Source: Chlorokybus atmophyticus
Taxonomy: Eukaryota; Plantae; Mesostigma and Chlorokybus algae
Reading direction: 5' to 3'
Length of the DNA: 64,000 nt
Assembly: GCA_009103225.1 (NCBI GenBank)
Contig: RHPI01001507.1
Span: 686,151-750,150, forward strand
Shown here: positions 39,801-53,199 of the stretch, piece after piece
Position numbering within the stretch: the first letter of the stretch is position 1
Layout of the letters: the number at the start of each line of letters is the position of its first letter
Program-made: the position numbers and the translations under genes
The notes under the pieces: generated by a model
What the model saw: the letters and a program-made list of their open reading frames with translations, nothing else
Databases searched by the model: none
What the model was told of the DNA's origin: nothing

Positions 39801-41520
39801 GTCATGAGACTGTTGTTATTTGCTGTGGCAGGAAGGTCTGCGGTGTGCATACAAGGCCGTGCCGGCGGACCCCAAGCTACGACGGCCGAGCGACCCGACC
39901 TGTCCGGTGCTGTCGGTGTCCGCCTCGCTGCTCATGCAGAACGTGTCCCCCTCTGCGTTTATAAAATACCTTAAAGATCATCGCGAGCAGTGGGCCAACT
40001 GCGACGTCAAGCCCTTCGATCCCGAGCACGCCAACGCCAACAACGAGGAGTCCATCACCGACACAGCGTGTCCACAACAAGGCGAGCCGGCGAACCCAAC
40101 ATGTACCAAATCGTCATCGCAGTTCGTGCCCGTCACGACCGACGAGGGCGAGGTGCTCGAGCTGCTGAAGATGCCGGAATGTGGACACGCCGTGGGTAGC
40201 GTCGGCCCGCACACGGGGGAGAAGTTCTTGCTGCGGTTGTGGTCCGATCCCGGTCTGGAAGAGAACCAGTCTTCTGATGATGCGATGTCCTCGGCTGCGC
40301 TCTATCTTGCCCCCGTTGATGCGGCGCGCTCCGCCGACGCCGTCCCACTCCTTGCTTCAGGGTTCAGCGCGCAGCCATTGCCCCAACCGCTCCCGCCCCT
40401 TTTGTCTCAGGTGAGTTGAGGAGAGAAACTTGGTGTGCTGTGCGCTGTGCTTTGTTGGATTGTGTTCGTGCGTGTGCGTTGAGTTTGCTGGCGTACCTGT
40501 GCATGCGTGTGCATGTGCATGTGCATGTGCACCTGAGTGTGCCGGTGTGCGCCTGCATGTGCGCCTGGTTATGCGTGTGCAGTTGTCCCCATGTCTTTGT
40601 GTCTGTGTTTGTGTGTGCATGCGTGGCCTACCAAGTGAGCTACCTTATCACTAACTGCTGGTTGTACCCACAGCGTTCAAGTCTGGTGACAGTGTGCTTC
40701 CAGTTCCCGCTGCTGAGCGGCGACGCGACCACTCGACATGCAGCTTCTGTGGCGGCGCGCAACTATGTGAAGAGCGTGTGTACCACTCTGCGCAAGGCGG
40801 CGGCGTTTCTCAATGCGAAGGCGCCGGTGGAGCCGTGGCTTCAGCCGGCGTTCATCGCATTGGCAAAACACATCGTGGAGAGCTACAAACGCCACATTGG
40901 CGTGGACTTGTTGCCTACGCCGTACACGTCTGACTACGAGTGCGCCATGCAGGTGTGGTAGAGTTGGTTGTAGTGCAACTGGATGTGATATTGTCTTTGG
41001 GTCTGTCATTGATGGTGGCATGTTGGCTGTTTACACAGTTGTACCACATCGACTCGCCGCTGGTGCTGCTTGCTGTTGGCAACTGGGACGGCACGGCCCA
41101 ACCCAACTTCAGCTATGGCAACCGCGCGGGGTTGTTGTTCTACGACACGACATTTGATATGTTCCCGTCCATTGCGTTCGGGCAGATTGTCAACGAGCGC
41201 GGGCGGGCCGACCGTGAGCAGCTTCTCACCCTCATCGCGCAGTTTGGATTCGCAGAGCTACCACCAGGCATACGATACAGCGCCAAAGGCCACACCGTCA
41301 AGTTTGACAAGGCCCTCATGTGGACGGTGAGTGATGCATGCAAGCACACACGCGCGCACATGCTTACATGCACACACAAGCGCCCGGGTGCTGTGTATGG
41401 CTGTTGCTAACGCTCTTGTCTGTGCTGTGTCCGCTGCAGGTTTTTGATGACAATGACGAGATTCTTGGAATTTGCGGGATGTATGGGCAATGGCAGGTTC
41501 AGCCTGCGGACGCTTCATAG
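36860..41520 (+). CDS. C3HDZ: Class III HD-ZIP transcription factor (homeodomain, zipper, START, SAD, MEKHLA)
   Basis: Homeodomain KYIRYTPQQ|IETLEAAYQRCPRP..SNIDPKQ|VKVWFQNRRCRDK; AEETMSTFLGVATG; START LLEDRMAWDRSCR and VCVDHVNL; SAD SASLLMQNVSPSAFIKYLKDHREQWA and APVD..VPLLASGF; MEKHLA IVESYKRHIGVDLL and FSYGNRAGL..GFAELPPGIRYS..ALMW. Stop at 41520. Confidence 0.95.
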
Positions 41521-42147
41521 CACACTACTTTAGTAGTTAGGTGGTCTGTTGTTATACATAGAGTCTAGTATTGCCTGTTTGTCCTACAGTGGACAATCCT
41601 CGGCAGCAGCACTTCACGGCGTGCGACGGGACACATTGTGCATAAATAGTTGATCCCGTGACACGGTTTTGTCGGATTGAAGTTGCTGCAAGTAGGTATG
41701 TACCAATCAATAAATGTGTTGATGGCATATATAGAACAGCCTCCCATGCAAATGAAGTGCAGTGCTTGAAGCACTGTGCTTCCGAAGGGTCGGTATGGTC
41801 ATTGCGTGCTGTTGCTTGGGATGCTCATCATAACTCGAGGTAGATTGACTCGCAGACATCGCTGCTATGTATGACTCTGCTTTAATGCACATTTGTCAGT
41901 GGCATTTCCAATGTTTGATAGTATTGGGCTTTAGTGACCACCACGTGTGCCAGCTACCGGAATTGTATATCTTTCTTATTCTACGTCAAACTACTCACAC
42001 TGTCTTAAGTAAGTCATTAGTCAAGTGTATTGAGTTATAAACTTACTATTATAACCGGCCGTTCGTAATTCAACGTTATAACCGTTAAGCACACATGTCC
42101 GTTTAACGGATAGCGGCAGTCGTGGCGGCGGCGTCGTTGTTGTCCAC

Positions 42148-42672
42148 ATGAGCGGCAGCTCGCCGTCAGGCTCCAAGCCACTCGGCACGCCAGGAGGAGG
42201 AGGACCAGGCTCAGGAGCAGGAGGAGGAGGAGGACAAGGCTTCTCACCGGGCCATTCTCCTTCGTCTAGGCCGCCGCCGGAAGCTTCCGGCGGCAGCGGC
42301 GACGGCTTAGTTGGCGATGGTGTGGGCGTGGGCGTCGTCGGGGATCGCCAGCGCGTCCTTCTTGAGCTAGGTGGGACGCTCCTCCTCACCACCTGTCAGC
42401 TGGACAGCACTGTAGGGGAGCTCAGGCATGCCGCCTCCCAGAAGGCGGTGAGGAGGGGCTTGCCGCCCGCCGCCCACCTGGCTCTCCGCCTGGGCCAGGG
42501 CGGTGGCGGCGGCGACTCTGGCCTGGCCATACTGGATGACGGCGACACCCTCCGCAGCCTGGCCCTCCCCCGCGACGCCCGCGTTGCTCTCATCTACCAC
42601 GACGTCTTTGAGGCCGCCCGCATGCTCCACACAGGCACAGCCATGGCAATCACACCGCCAGACACAGGATGA
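42148..42672 (+). CDS. Gly/Pro/Ser-rich protein with a ubiquitin-like domain (possibly only exon 1)
   Basis: GC-rich 174-aa ORF. The segment STVGELRHAASQK..GLP..LALRLG..ILDDGDTLRSLALPRDARVALI matches the Ubl pattern (TV.eLk...G..L.D..TL..l). Confidence 0.5.
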   Translation: MSGSSPSGSKPLGTPGGGGPGSGAGGGGGQGFSPGHSPSSRPPPEASGGSGDGLVGDGVGVGVVGDRQRVLLELGGTLLLTTCQLDSTVGELRHAASQKAVRRGLPPAAHLALRLGQGGGGGDSGLAILDDGDTLRSLALPRDARVALIYHDVFEAARMLHTGTAMAITPPDTG

Positions 42673-44612
42673 ATGAGGAGAGAGACCATCTTCACACCAT
42701 TTTCAACGTAAGGCACCATGCACCAACACAGCAGAGCGCTTATGCAACTGCCGTTGTCAAGGTACATTGTGTGTGTGAAGTCTGCATCTAGTTGCTGATT
42801 TTGTGGTGTGCCACAGGTTCTGTTACAGCTGTTGACAAGACGCTGCATGCGAGACACAACACGCATGTAATTCGTGCAGCCAGCCTTACTGCCCCATTGT
42901 GCTACAGGTATTGTTGTGTTAGATGTGCATGTGCGCGTGCATGCATGCATGCATGTTTGTATTTTTGGAAGCGTTTGCGGCTGTGTTATTGCACAACTGC
43001 AGACACACCTGTGTGTCTATGTATGCGTGCGTGTGTGCATGGGTGCCTGTTGTGTATATGTGTATGTAGGGGCGGGCGGGCAGGAGGGAGTGTGTGCACA
43101 TGCATTCGTGCGTGCCTGCATGTACGGCCACAGTGTTGTGCCCCAACTGCGATTGTGTCACTAAGGCATGCAACGCGTTTTTCGTAATGCGCATGTCTGT
43201 TCTGCAGGTGGACACGAGAGCTGAGCTGTTTGTGCAACGTAGCGTTGCACTCGTGCACCAGGTTGGCCAACCAAGTCCCTAATAGTACGTATAGCTGAAG
43301 GACATAAATACCTAAGACCTGCGGCAGTGTGTAAGGCTTATTGATTGTACGTGTATTGTGTATGTATTAGACCCATGTATTCAACCAAGCCCAATTGCGA
43401 AGCATGTGCGATGGCGCCCTCACATGTGCATACAATGACATGCACGCAAACACATGCATGCCGCACAGCAGCATACCCCATTTGTACACATACATGAACA
43501 CAAACCAATCTGCCAGGGTGCAAGCTGTGTGCAATTATGATAAGCGGAGGCTCTCGTGCACACGCGCATGTGCAAGTGCATAGATATGCAAGCAGACGTC
43601 GCTCTAAGCACTGTGTATACACTTGCATGTCAATTGTGTGCGCAAGTGTCCACATGTGTGCGCATGCGCACGAGCTAAGACAGCAATGCTGTGATATGCA
43701 TACGTGTCATGTGCTGCAAATTTCGACACAAGGGTGTGCGTGTGTGCGCGTGTGTGCGTGCATGTGTGCGTGTGCGTGGGTGGGTGAATGACACAGCAAC
43801 ACAGAGACACACCACCTGTGTTGATGATCGCACGCAAACGCATGCGTCCACACACATGTGTGGACACGTGTGCGCGTGTCCACACATGTGCATATGCCAC
43901 AAGCACAGTGTATAGGAGATAGTATGCTGCATTTGTGCTTATACAGAGTCCATACCACACTTGTGTACATGTGTGTGCGTGCATGTGTGTGGGTAAGTGG
44001 CACAACAACACAGAGGCATACCACTGCGCAACCTAATACTCACACGTAAATGCATGCGTCAGCACGCATGTGTGGACACGTATGCATGTGTCTAGATTAT
44101 ATGCAATGTTGTGATTGTGACCAACACAACATGCATGGCACATGCAGCAGCAAAACACACAACACATGCAACAATTGCACTTGTTAACCACCAGGCTATG
44201 TATACAAGCTAGCTAGGTACTTACCCTCACTACAACCCATACCTCGTTGAATGTGCATGTTTGATTACCTGCCACATTGCTGGTGGCATCAAATTGACCA
44301 GGACGATGGTGATAACATGTGCACCATAAGCACATTGTGCTTGTATGACAGAGCCTACCACAATTGTGTACTGTTGTGAGACGTGTACCCTTGTGGTGCT
44401 GTCTCTCATATACAATGACTTTCGTATGCTATGGGCACGCATGCATTACGACTGTGTGCACATATTACATGTCAGGCAGCCAGGAACAAGGTTAGCTTTA
44501 TGCCAAGCTACCAGTGTTTGAGATAGGCGGTCAACGCCAGTGACCAATCATATTCACATATACATCCGTAGAAACACCCCTCAACCCCAAATAAGCGCAA
44601 TCCCGCCCACGA

Positions 44613-46378
44613 CTATCCGCTGCGCGGCTCCCCCGCCTCTCCCGTCCTTCCCTCATCATCAACATCATCATCATCAACAACAACAACAACATCATCATCA
44701 TCATCAACATCATCATGAAAAATGGGGTCCGGTCGTAGCTGGCGGATGACAAACTTCGCAGCGCCTAGCGTCCTCCTGGTTGTTGCTTCCACGCGTGACA
44801 TCAACAGCACAATGCCCAATAGCTGGAGGTTGGGTCCGCCGCAAGCTTCCAAAATGTACTTAACTGCGTGCAGACTGATGCGCAGCTGCAGCGTGGCGGC
44901 ATCCTCATCTGTGAAAGACAGTTATAAGCAATGGCACAACTCAACAATCTAAACAAAGATTATACATACCTGTAGGATTCGACTTCGCCTCTCCCATGAC
45001 TAACCAACGCTGGTCAGCCTTAAGCAACACACCTCCTGCCGCATTAATCTCTAGTTGGCCCGAAACGTTCGGCGCCACTCTCTGTTGCCGCGCCACCTCC
45101 CACATTACAGCACTTAGTGCAGCACCATTACTGTCTGCAACCTCTGTACACAAGCAAGACAAGAGCGTAAGAACGGATGATAAACACCACGATAGGCCGA
45201 GTGTATCAACAAGAAGTAAACTCACGTTCTTGACCATAATTGCATGTGTAAACGAAGCGCTGGAACGTTCTGCGAACATCAGAGTTCAGGTGTTCCCCGA
45301 TCATGTCTTGCAAGTCTCCTGCAAGACCAGCAGCCTCCTTCATGCTGTGTAGCTCGAGCACACGCTGAAGTTGATGATACGTCTCTGTAACATCCGTGAG
45401 ATCCGGCACAGCGCGCCCCTTATTGGCTTTGATATGGGCAACGATCTGGTTTGTCGCAGCCTTAAGCGCCACTGGAAGGAAAGCAATGAAACCCTGCCGA
45501 ATTGCATCCTAAACAAGTTGTCACAGTCAGTAACAATCCAATGGCTGATCATTTAAGCAAAGAATTGAGTTCACACAACTTGAGCAAGCAACAATAAAGC
45601 TGTACTTGCCATGGCACTTACCACAGCAATCAATTTTGCAACCAAAGCAGCCTTGTTTGTTGGCAGGCCCCACTTGCCGCCATAAAACTCGAGAATCTTG
45701 TCAATATCAGAGAAGAGGCGGCCGTCACGGTACTTCTTCAACCGGCATTGTATGTTGGTGTAATTCTCCACCTCGCGACGAAAATACGCCATGACTTGAG
45801 ATTCGGCCATAATTCCGGAAGCTGCGACCAGTGCGGATGTGGCCTTCTGCTGGCTAAGAGATAACTGCTCCAGCTTCTCTATCCTGTCAAATGCCTTGGC
45901 AGCTTCCTGCCTGAACTTTTTGAACTGCCAGAAGCAACCGGACATGCTGAGAATCGGGCTTGACCAAGATTTGGTCAGACGGCCTAGCCTCACTTGAGGC
46001 TAGCCAACAAGAGAAGCATGTGCGTGTGATAGTGACGCACTTTTGATGCGTCACCATCACACGCAGGCATGCGTGTTAGCTAACTGTAACGCTACGAACA
46101 AGATTGCATGGTGGGCTTCCACTATTTGTAACCAATCACAGCAGCATGTAAACTGACTGAGTCATTGCCTGACGTACCCACTCTGGCGCGCCATCATCCT
46201 CTTCATTGGCGTCTCCCTCATTGGAGAAACTGAAACTAAGGGTATGATTCTGTCGGACCAACAAGGCCGGTGGCGCGGAACTTCTCAACGCAGGTCTTCT
46301 GCTGCTCCCAAGAGTGGTGCAACGGACCATCGCCGTGGCACTCTGCATCACACTTTGCATGCTGGCAGCTGACCGCAT
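44613..46378 (-). CDS. Putative organelle-targeted PD-(D/E)XK nuclease-fold protein, copy A (5 exons, 418 aa)
   Basis: Exons 46378-46178, 45924-45622, 45508-45226, 45143-44970 and 44908-44613. All introns are GT-AG with phases 0,0,1,1, giving an open frame of 1257 nt. Motifs include GIMAE, LEINAAGG..LVMGEAKS, DAATLQLRI and LLGIVLL. The gene model is well supported; the function call is weaker. Confidence 0.8.
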
Positions 46379-46525
46379 GAGTTAGAAAGGGTCAGTCAGT
46401 TGCTAGGTGGTTGCTGCACTGGAAGCAAGTGTGTCCAGGTCATAGTGCATAGCAGTCCATGCAGCTCACAACCAATCACCCACTAAACGGGTGCGTATTA
46501 CTGATGCAGAGGTGGTTGCAGCCAA

Positions 46526-46762
<237 letters not shown>

Positions 46763-47630
46763 ATCTCAGTAGTTGGCCTGCATCATGGTGACAACAATGC
46801 ATGGGGAAACGTATGAGACACCTGTTTAAGGTTTGAAGCAGAAAACAGCCAGCTGCAGTGGTATAGTAGCTGGAACAAGTGGGCAGATGGCTGTGGTGCT
46901 GTCGCTGGTGACAGATGTCTCGCCTACCTACAAAAGGAGCAGAGGTAAACTCCGGAGTGTCTCATCATCAGACTGAAAGACACACCCTGTTGTTAACACC
47001 ACAATGTAGCTGGTGTGATATGCTTACCAAGCAACTGCGAATGCCAGATCACTGAGCTGCGGTCTCAGAAAGAATATTGTGCAGGGAAGTGTTGCAGAAA
47101 GGACGGCGAAGGCGATACCCCAAGCGTTAACTGAAACACAAGTTGGTTTGCATGTGCGAGGCATCGTCACAACTGTGCGACTAACGCATGGGCCAGGATG
47201 GTAACATGTCACATCAAGTTCTGAACCACGCAGTTGATGCGGGCGTGCACATCTTCCGTGACAACTACACAAGCTGGTACACATCAAGATGCAACGCCAG
47301 ACACTGACGTCATGCACCCGAACCCCAACAAATGTCAAGGATTGCACAAGGAAGCACCGCATCGTGACTTACTTGTTGCAGAAAGCTTCCAAGCGTATTG
47401 AAAGGATGAATGGCAGTGGTCATACTGCTTAACAGACATGCAAAGCGATAAAACACAACACAACTTGTGTGAAAACAATGCCGCAGTCGCTGACTGCTAA
47501 GCATGGCCACCGCCCCATAGCAACTCTCTGGTAAGCCATCAGACAGAACGCGTAAGAAACGGTGTGAGACGGGGGACACTCACCTACACAGTCCTGCTGC
47601 CCCTTCGCCCGCCGCTGAAGCCGTTGTTGC

Positions 47631-47664
<34 letters not shown>

Positions 47665-48769
47665 TAGACAGTAAGGGAAGGGCTTTTGCTGGAGACAGAC
47701 TGACGTGACAACGCTCCCTCAGACGCGTTAAACAACATACCTCCGAAGCCCTGAGCATTTATGCCTTATGCAGGCCAGCTATTTGTACGTAGGCTTTGCA
47801 AATTCGTATACATGTACAAAGCTGTACATGAACTACACAGCGCTGTCTTTTTTGTTAATACTAGACTTTCAGCATTTGAGTCATTGCTGAATTACTAAAG
47901 CTGTTTTTACTACATTTTGCAGTCTAAAGGTATCTCAAGTTTTGGCTATTATCATAACATGACGCTGCATATGGATTTAACATGTTACATTCTGAATGCT
48001 ATACATCGCAATTTATATGTAACGCGGTAGCTATATCTAGCATAGCTGTTTTTGTTCATGTGTAGATGCAAAATATCAATGCTGCTGCAATGTCAATCGA
48101 CATAAAAGCATCGAAGAGAACTTATGGCACCCATCGATACTTAGCAACTTACCCACACGCGCAGGCATGCGCCTCAGCACATGCACACAAACTTCCTCCC
48201 TCTTATGCCACTCCAATGTTATTATATGCATAAAAGCATACCAAAGACAGTGAATAGCTTCACACGTTGCCGCAAATGCAATCGCTTTGCAAGCAACCTC
48301 GTTTGGCAATAATGCTACAAAGCTGTCAAGTCAAAGTAAGTTGTTTGCATAAATATACAAACGACGTGTGTGGTTCACAGCGTGATGCTATACTCGACCG
48401 TACGAGTTAATCATAACTGCAAGCGCACCAGTGAAATCAATACGCAATTTGTCATTGTAAGCAATGGCAACAAAGAAATGAAGCCAATAAAAGTAGTCTA
48501 CATGACCATCATGCTTACAAGCACATTGCCATACAAATCCATTTGAGTGTCGTTTTTGCATGCACACTAGGCTACATGTCCTATTGACAAAGTGTGGTGA
48601 ATGAATGAACGAAACAACACTGCCGGTATACCGGTATATATCTACCTGAGGTAGACTACCTCAGTGCCAGCCTCGTTACGAGGCTGATAAGCATGAGAGG
48701 GCCCCTTCGTGCCTATCAGATCTCTGATAGGACTCCCTTGAGCTGAAAGCTTTCAGCTGAGCTGAGCTG

Positions 48770-50420
48770 AGCTGAGCTGAGCGCTGCTGGCCTGGTGGCG
48801 GTGGCGGTGGCGTTGATGGTGTTGGTGTGGTGGGGCGTGATGATGGGCTCCAGCTTAGCGTCTTCAAAGGAGGCGGAGCTGCTGCTGCCGGTGGCTGGGT
48901 ACTGGTGTGGATACCGCCCATACGGTGGTGGCCCGGTCAGAGCCTATTGCCAGGTGTGGCGCATGCTGATTCCATGACTGCCGTTGTCAACGAGGGTTTT
49001 GCTAGACGTTTCTCCCGCGTGCAGTCATCGCAACGTTTATACTCGCATGTGTAGCCGCAGGTCGGGGAGTCCACACACCGTGCCTACCAGAGCTAGCTGG
49101 CGCCGCTCAACAGGCGACATGGTGATGGCAACTGCTGCAACACTATGCAGTGAGTGCCAGCGGCATTGTCCGAGACTTGTGTGCATGATCGCGTGTGCGT
49201 GAGCTCGTGCTTGGGTGCATGGGGTGCAGGTGTTAGTGTACATGAGTGTGTACGTTGGTGTACGCCTGTGGCAGCCGCACAAGCGCTTGGCTTCAATTAA
49301 GTTTGAGTTGTGTCATGGGCAGAAGTCCACCTGCCGGCGTGCACTACCAACATGCTTGCCAGACAGTCAAGGTGTTCTGCCATCAGAACAAGCGGTACGT
49401 GTCTCCTCATGTCAGCGCTAGCTTGTCACTTACAAAATCAAAGCACTACTCTTCAAGGCTAAATGTTGGACTATATACACACACAGACACGCGCACATTC
49501 ACTTATATAAATAGCCTCTGCGGTGCAGGCATTGTGCAAAAGTCCGCACAAAGAGCTATGCAAGTAAGCCGCTTGCGCACAGCTTGCAAACAACTCAAAG
49601 AGCGGGCGCCAAAGCCGCTCCGCGCAGAAGGTATGCAACCATTGCATGTTGCTTCGTTCAATGTTTGCACGGGAACACTCAACATCTTCTGCAGCAGGCG
49701 CTTTCTATGACAGCTCTTCAGTGCCCAACGACTACGCACTTGAGCAGCCTGCACACGAGCAGGCAAGTGTGCGGTGGTGATTGAGTCTTTGCTACTACTT
49801 GTGTGCTTATTGTTGTCGTTCATGGAATGCAGCTAGCTTCCATGAACGACATGCATGTGTGCGCGTGTGTTGACACACTCGTAGGCGTAAGCGTACAAGC
49901 ATGCACGCACACACACACACAAACACACACACACATGCGCACACGCACACAGGTGAGCGAGCAGTTCTGGCTGCTACCAGGAGTTATGCACCGCAATGCT
50001 GGTTGCGTGCAAGCTCGGCCCGCCTATCTCCATCGAGCTGATGGAAGTTACCCGCAATTGTGCACCAGAGGCAAACGACAGCAGTGCAGCCAGCGCAATC
50101 GGCTACGCGAAGCGAGCACTAGAGATGATCAAACACGAAGAGAAGTCCTGAAACTACCGGTCCAAGCATGCAGCACGGGCATTGTTGTTCGGGTTCAATG
50201 GTAAGGCGAAGGTCACTTTGTCAATCGAAGACGTCGCATTAGCGGCGGGGGTAGCGCGGCTGTTCCATGTTCACATGCACGTGTATTGGCTGATAAAGTT
50301 CGGCGATGCTGCAAGTGTTGTGTTTGCGGGAGACTCTGCTCGCACGCATGCGGCTGCGTACGTGTATGGAGCCATCTACGTCGCAGAGTACAACGCACGG
50401 CGAAGGTGGTGTACTGAGGT
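48770..50420 (+). pseudogene. Degenerate spliced gene, divergent from the nuclease-like gene
   Basis: Plus-strand splice-like sites and protein-like blocks (VVRMLLDHDCPLSTR.LDVSP in copy D; SAASAIGYAKRALEMIKHEEKS*NYRSKHAARALLFGFNG...). It is disrupted in all copies and the product is unrecognised. Confidence 0.3.
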
Positions 50421-50513
50421 GAGCATGGGAAAGAGTGCACACATCTCACAATACATGTCACAATGCCGCATGCTGCAATGCGGCATGCACACACATTCGT
50501 GTGTCTTTGACCT

Positions 50514-50577
50514 TAAATCGCACAGGCTGATGAATGCACGCACTCATGTGCGTGCATTCATCAGCCTGTGCGATTTA
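50514..50577. repeat. Perfect palindrome, 30-bp arms with a 4-nt loop, inside a ~107-bp tandem duplication
   Basis: taaatcgcacaggctgatgaatgcacgcac-tcat-gtgcgtgcattcatcagcctgtgcgattta. Confidence 0.97.
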
Positions 50578-53199
50578 TTCATCAGCCTGTGTGCAGATGC
50601 GCGTTCAACAGGGAGTGGAATAGCACAACAAGTAACATGAATGCATGCACTCATGTGCGTGCATTCATCAGCCTGTGTGCAGATGCGTGTATAACAGGGA
50701 GTAGAATAGCACAACAAGTAACAAGTTTCTCCATGTGCGTATGCTCTGCGTTGAGCAGGAAGGCAGCAAAAGCGTGGTGGGTGTGGGTGGCGCCAACTTG
50801 TACTTTACTGTAGCCGAATGCACCAAGCACTGGACGGTCACCTTGCTGAAGGGCATCGGCGCACCCAACTCCCTCCTGCGTCAGCATCGACAGACAGAGC
50901 ATTTCAAGATACTTTGACGCCGTTCAACAACCTGAACAGTCCATGACTTGGAAGACGTCTGCAAATCTCCACCCAGACTCATGTGGTTGATGAACAAAAT
51001 TACCATCAAGGCCTTGGTCGCCGGTGCATGCGTCGTGTTGTTTAAAGTAATCATGTTCTTCATCAATGACATCCGTAGGTTGTGTTCTTAGAGCCATTTA
51101 GACTGACATCACTTAGAGTAACAATGGCAGCTTGTCAAAATTGCGCAAATGTTGCCCCTATTGCAGTGTGTTATGCATGCCGTATGGCGTTGAACTTGAC
51201 TCAGCAGTGCAGCATGTGCTCAGCAACAACCCAGGCAGCATCGACCTTTCATCATTTTGAGAGAAGTTGTATGGCTTAGTGATTGTCTGTGGGGCAAAGC
51301 ATAGCAGCGCCAGCAGTGCAGCCTAGTCATCAACACGAGAGTAGGGTCAGATGCAGCGTGTACGTGTGTGGATGTGCTGTGGTCGTTGGTGTGCCGGATG
51401 TGACTGATGTGTGCGCGAGTTTGGTGTGCTGTATGAGAGGGAGATTGCACAGTGGGTGTGCATGTGGTCGTATAGATGTTGAACGTGCAGTGGCTCTGCT
51501 AGCAGTGCTTCTTAGAGGCAGAGCAACAAGACATACCGAGGCACCAAGCCTGGGGCGGGGATGACACTCGTGCGTGGTATGTGGGTGTGTGGGTGTGGTC
51601 CGGTTTGTTGGTGTTGTGTGCGTCATTAGATACATTACTTATTACTTTGGGCAGTGCATAGTTGAGGCTGTGGTATCAGTGTGCACAGTAGTAGGGGTAA
51701 AGTAGTGTGTTAGGCAGTGGATGAACCCGATGGTTAACTTCACAATAGTGTGATTGGTATGCGTTGTGTCTCTGCATGCTGCTGACTGTGCATATCACCA
51801 TGCATGTGCATTGCCGTTTCGCATTGTTTGTACACAGACACAACTCATATGGGTATGGCAAGATGGGTAAGACTGTATGCTCTGTGAACTCTGCTGTGAT
51901 CCACGTTACCTGTGCAAATGAAGCTTTGGAGGTGTGCTGCGAGTCGTGTGTGCAGTTGAACTTAGCACTAGCACCTGCTTGTGAAACACACAGCTGTGTC
52001 TGGTCAAGGCCGCTTTCAAGCAACAACTTGAGAACGAGAAACAGGCTGCATTGCTGCTCCGCTGACTTAGCAAGTTGGAGCAACAGTTTTGCAGCGCAAT
52101 GGCACTGCGCTTCGCAAGCGAGGTTGCATTCATCTTGTTGCATGAAGTCAACCACCCGCTTGCATATGTGCGATGCAACTTGCTCGTAATCAATCATCAC
52201 TTCATGCACACAATACTAGAATGGCACAAGTGGGGATGCGTGTGCGTGCATGTGTGCGTGTGTTGGTGTGCGTTTGTACGCAAGTGGGTGGCTAGGTGGC
52301 TGCCATAAGCTCTTCTCATCGCTTCAACTTGAAGCGATGAGAAAGTAGCTCAACTTGCAGTCAAACCCGTCCACACTTTCGCACGATCTCATATCTGTAT
52401 CTAGTGTAGCATGTTGAACCATCATAAGCATTGCAGCCGCATGATGTTGTGGAAAGAGCTGAGGCTGACTGAGGCTATGTCATTGAATTGCAGGTCAAGA
52501 CGGTTTTTACATTGGCAAACAATGTCTCGATATTGTCAAAGACCCAGTGCACATTGAAAGGCTCTTTCTTTACTATTTTCTTCAAAGGCTTCTCAATTTG
52601 CAATACAGGTGAGTAGCAGCTGTTACATGTGCTGTTGCCAACACATGGTGGGTACCTTAGTCTGAATCGCTGGCAGGCCCCATCACTGGCCTTGGCGGGG
52701 TTGTGCCGGTTGTGAAATAGAAGAAACGGGCTTCTTCAATTGTTCCGCAACTGCAGGAGCCGTGGTGTGCTGTCAAGCAAGTGGTTTCATGTTCCATGCC
52801 TTCTCTGCTCTGCTCTGCCTATCCCTGGCACAAGAGTCGGCACCGCATTCTGTTTGGTGAGTTGTGCCCTTGGGAGAAAACTCTGCAAGCGTTTCAGCAA
52901 GGGTGAGCCTTGAATAGTGGCTGTTGTCAACGGCAGCTTGCCGTGCATAAGCTGGGGCTGAGAGACTCGCCATTGGTCAACCTCAAGCTTGCTGGCATTG
53001 GTATGTCGTTATCATACAGTTGGCCACCTTCGCTCATGTGCGGCTCGCTTCTTCTCAATCAATCAAGATTGACCACTTGGCAGATGTGATATTCTTGACA
53101 CCGCCTGGCAAAGTTGCGACCAGTGTGCTTTGGTGTTTGGTGCGCGTACATGTGGCCATGTTGTCACGAGTCGTTGCAATGTCGCCATAAACTAGTGCT

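Noticed and set aside
8245-44050. Hundreds of short His/Thr/Cys/Val/Ala-rich ORFs
   Set aside because: They are translations of (CA/TG/GC) intron repeats or antisense shadows of real exons.
49500-49700. Minus-strand CAERLWRPLFELF resembling a KDZ transposase ERxW motif
   Set aside because: The preceding GE and the other catalytic motifs are absent, and conserved splice signals point to the plus strand.
52490-52610. VFDNIETLF resembling a RhoGEF DH motif
   Set aside because: The match is too short and neighbouring DH motifs are not found in order.
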